From Mobula hypostoma (lineage: Eukaryota), in contig NC_086108.1 of the NCBI RefSeq assembly GCF_963921235.1, positions 63,428,001 to 63,492,000 of the forward strand: 64,000 nucleotides of DNA, given 5' to 3'. The notes beneath the pieces were generated by a model. It was not told the origin of the DNA. It made no database searches and saw only the letters and a program-made list of their open reading frames with translations. Positions within the stretch are counted from its first letter, which is position 1. The number at the start of each line of letters is the position of its first letter. Below are positions 51,899 through 63,490 of this stretch, one piece after another. Position numbers and translations under genes: made by a program.

Positions 51899-53865
51899 GT
51901 AAATCATTAAGTAAAGGTGACATACCACATTGCAACTTAGCAAAGAGTCTGTGGATTTCTTACTCTTTCCTGAAAACCCTTATGATTTTTCTGTAGATTT
52001 AAATCTAACTTCCTCTTGAAAACTGAAATTGCTTCTGTCCTTAAGCAATAACTTTCAAATTTAAACTCATTTTTAATTTAAAATAAAGCATCTCAATGCA
52101 TGTAATAATTTATCTTGGTTTGCTTTTTGATCCTTAGCCAATTATTAACTATCTGTGACCTTTGGTAATGGCTCCTCTACTACTGGTAAAAATATTCCTT
52201 CTGTAAAAGCTACTTTTGAACACCCCTCTCTACTTTCTCTGGTCAATTCCTGTGTTTTGACTCTCTCTGAGTTTATTGAAGTCCCTCATTCATTTATAAA
52301 TCTCATGTGATGAAAATCTAATCTCTTGGTTTATAAAGATTGCCCAGGTTACCTGTTTCAATGCTCCATACTTTTGTTTATAAACCTAAGAATCTCATGT
52401 TGCCTTTAATAAATTATCAACTTCCTCTACAATTTACAAATGTATGAGTCCTTCTCATGCGCTGGCCTTCAGTTACGAACACTTGATTTATGGACTCCCC
52501 TTCATATAAGTAAGCTTCCTTAATATTAAATTCAAAAGTCCAAAATACATACTTACATACATGCATACATACATACATTCATTCCAAGGAATTTCATAAC
52601 TAATTTCTACTTTTAGTATTTGTTCTTTCTTATCAATCTTATGTACAGCTGATGCCATTCATTACAAATCTCTGGAGCTGGTTACCATATAGGGAGTGAT
52701 TTTTGTGTATTGAGGACAAAATCAACTTGTAGATATCTGTGTAAAAAAACCTGTTTGTTACTTGGGATGGCCTGTAATTTGTTTCATTCTGCTCTGTAAA
52801 AATCTTTACTTTGCACCTTTATGGCTCATATTTCATTTCCTCATTTTTGCATTCTATCCATATCATCCTAACATCTGCTTATGTCTCTTCAGTTGTTTAC
52901 TAAACATCTGAGTTTGGCGTCATCTGAAACTCGAAATACTGTCCTCCTTACTCTCCTGGTTATGAATAGCAATTAATATTGATTCCCAGAACTACTTTAT
53001 AGCTGTTTCTTCCAAATTGAAAAGCAATTCATCACTCCTCTTGTTCATTTCTGTGTATATGATGTCCCTCCCTTCTTTGTTATGGGTTTCAGTTTTGCCA
53101 ACGATGAGCTACTTTTAACTCTCCTTTCCAATGCACCTCTATATTAGCTTTCTCTCCTATTTTACGAAAGAAATCCAAATTATTCAAATAATACATGCAC
53201 TTAGGAAATCCATGTGGACTGCATTTTTTGTCTCAAACCTTCCAATCTTTAAGTCTTGTTTAATTGAACACAGTTATTCCACAAAACTGACACTTATGGA
53301 ATATTTTATGCTTTTGAGACACCCCCCCCCCAAAGTTTTGACAGAAGGAATAAACAAAATTGTTTCTATACCAAAGTTCATAGCTTATTTTATAAAGATT
53401 AAATTCTTTTCCATATGTGATGTGCTATGCTGATCTTAAGAAATAATGGACTGCCATAGTAAGTCTATGCTGACATTTCTCCAGTCATTGGTCTCGAACC
53501 CTGTGGGTCACTCAGCTCAGTACAAGTTTTTGTATATCATAAGAAGAATAGAAATGGAAGCAGGAATAATGCATACAATTGGTCAATTCTGCTCAGCAGT
53601 TGCGTGAGACCTGGTTGATGTACCTAATTTTTGTCTGATTTCCCTGGCATTCACAGACCTGTGAGGTATAGCATTCCACAGGTTTACGGTCCTCTCCAAA
53701 TTCACATTAGAATCCCAAACGTTTGAGCTATTTTCTTGAAATTATCATTCTTAAGTTCTGGAATTTTAATATGTTCTTTGCACCTGCCCTCTCAATTCCC
53801 TTGAAATCTTGTTCTGTTGTTTTCCATTTCTCAATATAAAACAAATAATTGTGCACTACTTTCAG

Positions 53866-54012
53866 AGTTTGGCTTTTCAGAAGATGGCAATTGAAGCTCG
53901 ACTTGAAGGCCTCAGTTCAAATAAAAATCGGTCCTTCTCAGCACAACAACGACAGGTTACCAGTTCACAGAAAGCACCTACAGTTGCCGTGGCTGCAGCA
54001 CCTCCCAAATAG
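53866..54012 (+). CDS. HOOK1: HOOK1 last coding exon (SLAFQKMAIEARL...RSFSAQQRQVT...PPK*)
   Basis: ttcag acceptor. SLAFQK and RSF.AQQR motifs. TAG stop. Confidence 0.95.
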   Translation, partial: SLAFQKMAIEARLEGLSSNKNRSFSAQQRQVTSSQKAPTVAVAAAPPK

Positions 54013-56035
54013 AACGACTTGGAATCTATCGAATATGTACAGAATGTGTCTACATTAAAAAAGCTCAAGAGTAGAAAGAAAAATTATGATATACATCAGT
54101 GTTTAGTAATTCTGCTCCTTCTAAGAATAGATTTCCTTTCTAACGGAAATGATTACCTTTAACGTGTAAAGAATTGCTTTTCTTTTTGAATATAGTAGCA
54201 CAAAGCGGTAAGGGCTAAAGATGGGGGAGAAAAAGCATTTTCCTAAGATTTAAACGTATGTAAAATTGGTATATATCATATTTTAAAATAGGTGACAATG
54301 TAATCATAAGTTCAAAGTTCATCTGTTCTGTATAACAAATTTTCACATGTTTTAATTTTTTATTAAGAGAATTGCACTTATTGAGATCATATGAAGCTTA
54401 ATTATAAATTCTAAATCTTGTTTCTATAGTAACATTTAAAATGCCTGAGGTTTTATTAGTTTCATATTTTCATTTTTACTTCAGAAAATAATAATTTAAA
54501 CTTGACTGATTATTATTGTTGAGTCTTTACTGAAGTTGATTATTCCATTAATCTGAGTAGACTGCAATTAAGGGATTGCTCAATATTTGTGTTTGTATTA
54601 TATCAATATAACTGAATAGTTTTTGTAATTTTTGATATATAATGGGTGTTAAAATTGATGAACAGATTGCATAGATCTCAAACAAATAAGTAATATATTA
54701 TTTAAACTTACTTATCTGTGAAATTTGTTCATATTGGATGCTTACAAGAAGCAACAAATAATCCTGGATTGAAAAATTTGATTCATTTTTTTTCTGAATT
54801 GGACTCGGAGTACTTACCTATTCTTTTATCTCTGGTATTTTAAGAGATTTTAAGAGAAAACAATGGACAATGTGGATACTTTCTATATTTGCATGTAATG
54901 AAATTTTAAATTACTCTTCTTTCAAACTTAATGGTGTCTGTAGCCAAAATAATGTGGTTGTTGTTTTGTTATTCAATTGCCAGTAGAAGGTCATTTTGAG
55001 ATATTTAATTTATACTGGGGCAAAATAGAAGTATGAATTGGTAATAATGACATTGCATATACCTACAAAAATTATATATATTTTTGTTTGATTTGAGCAA
55101 CGTTGTACAACAATTCTTGACTTGCTTTTGCATTATTATCGATACCCTGACTCCAGAACTAAGTTTCTGAGTCTAAAATATGGCTCGGTTACAGATCTGG
55201 GTGGTTCATCCTGAAACATGCATATAGTTTGTGATATTGCACTAAGTATTACAAGCAACATGTTATAAAAGGTGATTAACATGGGTGGATCTATTTTATG
55301 ATCCAGTGTGTCCAATTTTAGTTTTCAAGAAAAATAACTTGATGAGCTGCATAGAGATGGGGAAGGTAACAATTAAGTTGTTGTCTACAGGCAGGTCCAT
55401 CTTTTAAATCAAATCAAATTCAATTTAATAATTATTCAACCATAGATGAATACAGCAAAAAGAAAATGAGGCTGCTTGCCTCAGAGTTAACCTTTGTTTA
55501 ACAAACAGTTCCTAAGGCTCAAGTTTCTTGAGCAATGGGCAACATGGTAACTGAACAAAAACACAAATGACCAAACCAGTCGGGGAAGTTGATATACTTG
55601 TTCTTAAAGAAGACAAACTTAGCATGGGTAAAAACGCCAGCTTATTTTTTTCTCAACTGTGTTCAGCACTCCAGACCAACCGTGTGCATGTCAGCACCTC
55701 ACCCATGTCCCTTTTGGTCCTGACTGACCCACGGGCATTGCACACTGTGAACTGAAATTCTTTATTATGTATGCACGTAGTAACAAAAACGTGTTTGGAA
55801 TGAAAGGAGTAATCATGCTTCACTTCACACTAAGCAAATCCAGGTCAGCTAGGAGCAGACTGATGTGGAACATCATGCAGCAAAAGAATCAGCAGCCAGA
55901 CTTGAGTAGGAGTTGAGTTGGACATCGGCATGGGTTTATTATTGTTGTATATTGAGATATGGTTAAAAGCTTTTATTTTGCATTTGATCCAAACAGATAA
56001 TGAAATGCATAATTACAATGAGGCAGTTAAAATTG

Positions 56036-56953
56036 GTTGTGAGAAACTATAGAAAGGTTGCAGAGGAGATTTACAAGGATGTTGCCTGGAGTGGGGGGCA
56101 TGTCTTATGAGAATAGGTTGAGTGAACTTGGCCATTTCTCCTTAGAGTGACGGAGGATGAGAGATGACCCGATAAAGCTATATAAGATGGTACTTTATAC
56201 TTTATTGTCGCCAAACAATTGATATTAGAACGTACAATCATCACAGCGATATTTGTTCTGGCGCTTCCTGCTCCTGGATTACAAATATTAAATATTAAAA
56301 GTAGTAAAAATTAGTAAATATCAAAATTTTAAATTGTAAATCATAAATAGAAATAGAAAAATGGAAAGTAAGGTCGTGCAAAAAAACCGAGAGGCAGGTC
56401 CGGATATTTAGAAGGTATGGCCCAAGTGATGAGAGACATTGATCATGTGTATAGTCAGAGGCTTTTTCCCAGGGCTGAAATGGCTAACATGAGAGGGCAC
56501 TGTTTTAAGGTGCTTGGAAGTAGGTACAGAGGAGATGTCAGGGGTAAGTTTTTTATGCAGAGAGTGGTGAGTGCGTGGAATGGGCTGCCGGTGAAGGTGG
56601 TTTAGGCGGATACAACAGGGTCTTTTAAGAGATTCCTGGATAGGTACATGGAGCTTAGAAAAATAGAGTGCTATGTAATTTCTAAAGTAAGTACATGTTT
56701 GGCACAGCACCGTGGGCCGAAGGACCTGTATTGTGCTGCAGGTATTCTATGTTTCTATATCAAAATCTCCAAAGACATTGCTGAGTACATATTTGGGCTG
56801 TGACCTCCAGCTGCCCCTAAATTTTCTAAATATATTTTTCAGCTTCTCTGCAAATGAATCATTGGACAAAGTATTGTTTTTCCATCAAAGAGACTAAGGC
56901 ACAGCATTGTGGGCCGAAGGGCCTGTATTGTGTTGTAGGGTTTCTATATTCCT
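56036..56953 (+). repeat. Duplicate of the CR1 3' end plus unique flank from about 50207-50826, with a later insertion (about 56190-56426) and an extra CR1 tail (56897-56953)
   Basis: About 125 bp of post-tail flank is shared (9 differences by eye), along with distinctive CR1 variants. Confidence 0.85.
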
Positions 56954-57223
56954 ATCACCATCCTAAATCTTCATTCTCTGAACCATTGGCTAGTGAGTGT
57001 ACCATCAAAAATGCTATAATTACACACCTAGGCCTCTTTGGTAGCATCTCTCAAATTGTTATTGCCAACATGAGAACTAGGTCAGCAAGTGTATGAGATC
57101 ACCTCCACCTGCAGATTTCCCTCCAGATTATACACTGTTGAGATTTGAAAAATCATCACTTGTCTTGTATCATTGCTGGGACAAAACATGGTCACCAACA
57201 GCATGAGAGAATACGATTACCAA

Positions 57224-57423
57224 GAACACGAGAAAATCTGATGATGCTGGAAATCCAAAGCAACACACACAAAATTCCGGAGGACCTCAGCAGGCCAGGC
57301 AGCATCTAGAGAAAGGAGTAAACAGTCAATGTTTGGGTCTCGGACTGAAATATCAACAATTTACTCTTTTCCATGGATGCGGCCTGGCCTGCTGAATTCC
57401 TCCAGCATTTTGTGTGTGTGGTG
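57224..57423. mobile_element. Older PLE-derived hairpin element
   Basis: cacacacaaaattccggagg... pairs with ...cctccagcattttgtgtgtgtg. ttacca is present on both flanks. Confidence 0.75.
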
Positions 57424-57713
57424 CTTACCAGGAAGCAGCTCACCAGCACCTTCTCGAGTAATTTCAGATAGACAATAAATATGGTTCATAGCCAGAAAAT
57501 GGTTTGTTTGTACTCAACCTTGGAACTGAATTATCAGATTCATTGTAGTCCCTGGAACTGTTCTCCAATATTTTTTACAGGTGATATCCCAGGGCAGTGA
57601 AACATGATTTTAAAATAATCCAGCTATGAAGCAGCAAATCTTGAATGAATTTGAGTAATAACTTCAGCAAAAGTAATTTCAATCAAATTCATTTCCATTT
57701 TTAAATAATAGGT

Positions 57714-58899
57714 AACCTGGAACATCTGGACAGCAAAAATGCATATTTCAGGATGCTATTTATCGATTATTTCTCAGCATTTTACACCATCATCCTCTCA
57801 AAACTAATCAGTAAACTCCAAGACCTGGGCCTCAATAGCCCCTTGTGCAATTGGATCCTGGATTTCCTCATTTGTAGACCCCAGTCAGTTCAGATTAGCA
57901 AAATCTTCACCACACAATCTCCATCTGTACAGGAGCACTGTGGGGATGTGTACTTACCCCACCTCACCCCCGCTGCATTCCAGTTACGCCTATGACGGTG
58001 TGGTTAATTACACCATGTACTAGTTTGCTGACAACACCACTGTTGTAGGCTGTATCAAGGGGGTGATGATCAGTATACAGGAGGGCAATTGAAAACTTGG
58101 CTGAGTGGTGTATTAACAACAACCTCTCACTCAATGTCAATAAGTCCAAGGAACTGATTGTAGAATTCAGGAGAGGGAAACCAGAGGTCCATGAGCCAGT
58201 AATCATCGGAGGATTACAGGAGGAGAGTGTCAGTAACTCTAAGTCCCTGGGTGTCACTATTTCAGAAGACCTGTCCTGGACCAATCATATAAATATTATT
58301 GTGAAGAAAGCATGGCAGTCCCTCTAATTCCTCAGGAGTCTGCTGAGGTTTGGCATGTCATCAAAAACCTTGGCAAATTCCTTTCAGATGTGTGGTGGAA
58401 AGTGTGCTGACTGGCTGTATTACAGACTGGTATGGGAACATCAATGCCTTGTGAGCAGAAAATCCCACAAAAGGTAATGGATTCAGCCCAGTACATCACA
58501 GGTAAAACCCTCCCAACTATTGAGCATATCTATGTGAAATGTTGCTGTAGAAAAGCAGCATCCATCATCAAGGATCCTCACCACCAAGGCCATGCTCTTT
58601 TCTTGCTGCTGCCATCAGGTAGAAGGTACAGGTGATTCAGAACTTGCACCACCAGGTTCAAGAACAGTTACTACCCCCCAACCATCAGGGTCTTGAACAA
58701 AAAGGGATAGCTACACTCATTTAAGGGCTCTGTTATATGTTATTTTATGCTCGTTATTTATTGCTATTTATTTATATCTGCATTTGCACAGTTTGTTTAC
58801 AGTTAACAGTTCCTGATGTTTATGGTTTACAGTTACCATTCCGTAGATTTGCAAAGTATGCCTGCAGAAAAAAGAATCCCAGGGTTGAATGTGGTGATG
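57714..58899 (+). mobile_element. Degenerate Rex1/Babar-like LINE
   Basis: LFIDYFSAFYTI, WCINNNLSLNVNKSKEL and LLPSGRRYR peptides. Confidence 0.85.
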
Positions 58900-59567
58900 T
58901 GTAGCCCCCTGGTAAGTCTCAGGCTTGCTCGGCTCGCTTTCGTCTGGGGGGGCAGTCCTCAGCCCTGCCAAACTGGGTAATCAAGTTTGTGTAAATGCTG
59001 TGTGATGTACCCCAGCATACCAAATAACAGACAGTACACCATATGCAATTAAATGATTATACTTTATAAGTGTTTCTTGGTGATGGGTAGTAGAAACAAA
59101 TATAATGAAGGCGCCAAGTCAGTAACTCTATCAATTTTGCGCACAAATAATTCATTGGATCTCTTACAGAACCAGGTCCCCCTTCCTCCAGTTGATGTCC
59201 TCCTTACTCCAGTCAACCCACAAATGGGACCACCCCCGGTGCTCGACCGAACGCTCCACAGGAGTCTGTCCTCGTCTCCCCTCCTCGCCGAAGACCCTGG
59301 GCCTTGGACTCCCGCTCGGGGTCCATTCCATCGCCCAGCTTACAGCATCGCGTCTCCTCTGTCTGACTCCATCGCACATTCTCCTTAAAGCCCGCAAAAA
59401 CAACAGCTTACAGACACACGAGTAAGAATAACATCTATCTCAATTGGTTAGCAAATGAATACAGTTCCTGTTATCAGTAGTTATAACCCAAACAAGCTGC
59501 TAGAGAGAGAAACACTGTCTCAGCAGTTAACATCACAGAGAAGCCTTGCATTGCCATTTTAATGACA
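58900..59567 (-). mobile_element. Probable solo LTR inserted in the Rex1 3' end
   Basis: About 670 bp non-coding, bounded by TGT...ACA, with a CpG-rich core. It interrupts the LINE tail. No clean TSD seen. Confidence 0.5.
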
Positions 59568-59947
59568 TGTTATATCTTCATAAACCTTTCAACTTGGCAG
59601 AGTTTCAGCAGCATTCCATTTTTCTTGGCATTAGCTTTTGCCAAGTCAAATCAAGAATGCTGATTGGACAGTGTCAAAGGAAAACAAGTTTAGCCTCATT
59701 TTAGTTCATGGAAAATGACCAGAAAGTACAATTATCTGTGAAAGGACTTCCAGTTTAAGCCGGGATCTCATCACACTAGTTACAGACTTCTGGAATTCAC
59801 AAAGGCTCTTGAGTTTCTCTTGCTTTCTGCATGATCTAAAACAGTTAATAACTGAGTGATCTTGTAAGTTGGGTAATCTAAGTTCGGCAGTTTTTCTGAA
59901 CAGCTTTTTAATCTGTTGGAGAGACTGTACAACGGTGCTAGCCTGGA

Positions 59948-60151
59948 ATGGAAGTTCAGAATCTTTCCTTTTTAAATCTGTTCTCAAGAGAGGTGTGGAC
60001 CGTTGCAGTGTTTTTATTTGTTTTCTTGATTGTGTTTGATGTTCTCCACACTCGTGTTCCCAAGAATTTTCCACCTGGTCCCTTCGGACTGCCGTTTTTC
60101 GGTAATACCTTTCAGCTGGACCTAAAGAATCCTCATCTCCAGTTTTGCAAG
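59948..60151 (+). CDS. Cytochrome P450 family 2 (CYP2J/2N/2P-like) exon 1
   Basis: Hydrophobic anchor followed by PKNFPPGPFGLPFFGN. aag|gtaatg donor, phase 0. Confidence 0.95.
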
Positions 60152-60357
60152 GTAATGTACAGCATCGAGGAAATTTGTTCAGAAATGTAACTGTGCTTGT
60201 ACTGCTGCCACAAGACAGCAAATTTCACATTATGTGTCAGTGGTAATAAATCTGTTTCGGTTTCCAGAAGTATTTAGTAGTTATAAGATAATTGCAATAA
60301 AAATGGTGACAATGTTGCAAGTCTGTCAACACCTGTTAGGAATATACCATTTTATTT

Positions 60358-60929
60358 AAACACAAAATAATCTGCAGATGCTGGGGTCAAAGCAACACTC
60401 ACAACACACTGGAGGAACTCAGCAGGTCGGGCAGCATCCGTGGAAACGATCAGTCAACGTTTCAGGCCAGAACCCTTCGTCAGGACTGAAGAGGGAAGGG
60501 GCAGAGGCCCTATAAAGAAGGTGGGGGGTAGGTGGGAAGGAGAAGGCTGGTAGGTTCCAGGTGAAAAACCAGTAAGGTGAAAGATAAAGGGGTGGGGGAG
60601 GGATAGGCAGGAAAGGTGAAGAAGGAAAAGGGGAAAGCCCAATGGGTAGTAGAAGGAGGCGGAACCATGAGGGAGGTGATAGGCAGCTGGGGGAGGGGGC
60701 AGAGTGAAATAGGGATAGAGGAAAGGACGGGGAGGCAATTACCGGAAGTTGGAGAATTCTATGTTCATACCAAGGGGCTGGAGACTACCTAGACTGTACA
60801 TGAGGTGTTGCTCCTCCAACCTGAGTTTAGCCTCATCATGGCAGTAGAAGAGACCATGTTTGGACATATCTGAATGGGAATGGGTAGCAGAGTTGAAGTG
60901 GGTGGCTACCGGGACCTATGTGAATGGGA
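60358..60929 (-). mobile_element. PLE 3' fragment with 9-bp TSD
   Basis: PLE terminal repeat. TSD attttattt at 60349-60357 and 60930-60938. Confidence 0.85.
60451..60488 (-). ncRNA. Minimal hammerhead ribozyme, core intact
   Basis: Reverse complement reads cagtc-CTGACGA-agg gttctgg cct-GAAA-CG-TT-gactg, with a perfect 5-bp helix I. Confidence 0.8.
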
Positions 60930-60954
60930 ATTTTATTTTGTGAAACACATACTT

Positions 60955-61415
60955 AGCTGATGGCATGAACCTCAATTTCTCAAATTTCCAAAATTTCCAG
61001 TAATATGACCCCGGCCTTCACCATTCCCCATTACCCGCTCCCTGTTCACCATTCCCTTTTCCCTCTCTCACCTTATCTCCTTGGTGCCCATTACCTCTCT
61101 CTGATGCTCTGATGTTCCTTCCCACTCTTCTTTCTTCCATGGCCTTCTGTCCTCTCTTATTAGATTTCCTCTTCTCCAGCCCTGTATGCCTTTCATCAAT
61201 CAACTTCACAGCTCTTTACTTCACCCCTCCAACTCCCAGTTTCACCTATCATGTTGTTTCTCTGTCCTCTTCCCCCACCTTTTAAATCTACTCCTCATCT
61301 TTTTTTTCTCCACTGCTGCTGAAGGGTCTTGATCCAAATCATTGACTGCACTCTTTGCCATAGCTGCTGAATAGCCTGCTGAGTTCCTCTAGCATTTTAT
61401 GTGTGTTATTTCCAA
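60955..61415 (+). mobile_element. Older PLE 3' fragment
   Basis: ctgatggcatgaac..., a pyrimidine-rich tract, a degenerate hammerhead and cctgctgagttcctctagcatttt. Confidence 0.8.
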
Positions 61416-61889
61416 GAATATACCATTTTGTTTTGTGACACACATATTTGCCATTTACTATAAATTGTAATTCACAAGTGTAGAACGTGTAGATTATTGG
61501 GTACCTCACTACGAATAAACAAAAATATGGCAATTATTTTTAATCTATGTGTAGGTCTTTTTTATTTTGCTCCACGTTTGAGTTTAGCTGTTGACCAATT
61601 AGATCTTTGTATCATTTCATTAATTTGAGGATTGAAGAAGAGTAGCAATAACAGATGAAGATCAAGATGTTCCAATTTTCAATAGTAGATTAACTCATTA
61701 ATAACTTGCTGAATAAAATCCGGGTCCAGTGTTTTCAAGTGTTTAAAGATTGGTTTAAAATTACACATCTTACGAAATAATGTTCAGAACTATTTTCATT
61801 TGGGACATGTAAGCTCTTCCTCGCAAGTATATCCAAAATTTTGTGACTGACATAACAAGCCAAATACTAATAGAGTATATCTTTTACAG

Positions 61890-62052
61890 TTTGCAGAGAA
61901 GTATGGAGATATTTTTAGCCTGAGGATTGGATATTCTTACCTTGTTGTCATAAATGGTTTAAATGCTTTTAAAGAGGCTATAGTTCACCAGACAGATGTT
62001 TTTGCGGGAACAGCAGCATTTCCAGTTTTTGATGATATTGTCAAGGGACACG
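61890..62052 (+). CDS. CYP2 exon 2 (FAEKYGDIFSLRIGYSYLVVINGLNAFKEAIVHQTDVFAGTAAFPVFDDIVKGH)
   Basis: ttttacag acceptor and gtaagt donor. 163 bp, phase 0 to 1, the typical CYP2 exon 2 layout. Confidence 0.95.
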
Positions 62053-63490
62053 GTAAGTAATATGTTTAATTGTTTTATTTCTTTGCTCAGAACTGGATAA
62101 TTGTAGGACCTTCTAATTTATGAAATATGTTATCTGTTATAGAATGATGTAAGCAGGATTTTCACCAAAACGTAAAATGAAAATCTTTATACTTGAGGAG
62201 TATTCTAGTTCTTCAGTGTGCATATTTTTAACACAGCAATGAAACCATTAGAGACAGGAAAGTATGTGTTCACATCTCCAAGAGCAGTACTGAGTTGCAA
62301 ATAATGTTTGGCTGCTTTGACTTGTTTTAGGCATCAGAGTTGTTCCTTTCAGTTTTTGACATTGTACTACGAGATTCAATTTCTATTTTATCGAAATTCA
62401 CTAAGTACTGTGGTCAAATATCAAGACTGTCTCAAAGAAGAAACGAAGGGATGAAATAGAAAATCAGTTGATTCTTAAGACTCTTTCACAAAGATGTCAA
62501 CAAAAAAATACTTGCAATTTTAAAGGAACATATGTTGCATATAAGTTAATTGGTCTCCTTGGCGATACAGGGGAGTGAAAAGAATGCTTGTGTGTGAATC
62601 TAAAAGCACACAACAAAGGTTTCAATTGCAAACATTATTTTCTGGTATAAACAAGAAAGTGGAATAATTCAAAAATGCTAAAAACAACAGATGCTTGAAA
62701 TCTGACATAAGAATGGACAATGTTGGCACTATACCGCATGCTAGACAACATCTGTGCAGAGAGAAAGGACTGTGATGAATCATGTTGAAGACCTGTTATC
62801 AGAACTCAGAAATGATGCAAGTTGAACAAGTTTGAGTCGCACATAAACAGGAGTGATGGAGACATGGAAAAGATTGCCGAGAAAAGGGTGAAAATTGGGG
62901 AAATAAACAATGAACAATCTCTCTTGCTCTTATCCCTTTGTTCACTCTGCTCATTCTTCTCCTCTGCAACCCAAAACATGTTCAACTTATGGTATTTTCT
63001 AATTCTGTTGTTTAGGTCTACAAAGTAAAATGTTAATGCCATTTTTTCCCAGAAATATTGCATAATTCCCATGTTTTCTGGTTTTTACTTACAGTGAGTA
63101 GAATTATTCCACATGAAGTTGAAATGAGTGTGGTATATATACTTTCTCTATGCTGGGATATGCAGATAATTCCTTATGCTTTTCAGAACTCACTGAGCAA
63201 ATGAAGATTTTTGAAGCAAGTTTCTACAGAGCCCATAAAATCCACTGTTTTTTCATAATATTTTAATATGTTATGAAGTTGAACAGCAAATTGAAGATAA
63301 GAAATTTCGTCCATCACAGGATTGTAAATCTCTGCAGTTTTCTCCCCAAGAAGCAGTAGACGCAAAGTTACGAAGTATATTCCAGAAAAAGATTAATAGA
63401 TATTTGCAGGCAAAGGGAATCAAAAATATAAGACTTCAATGAAGGAAGGAGACACTGGTTCTCGAACAAGGGCCCATTGTTTAGAAATAA

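Noticed and set aside
59706..60221. 171-aa minus-strand ORF
   Set aside because: It is the antisense shadow of CYP2 exon 1 and has no recognisable motifs.
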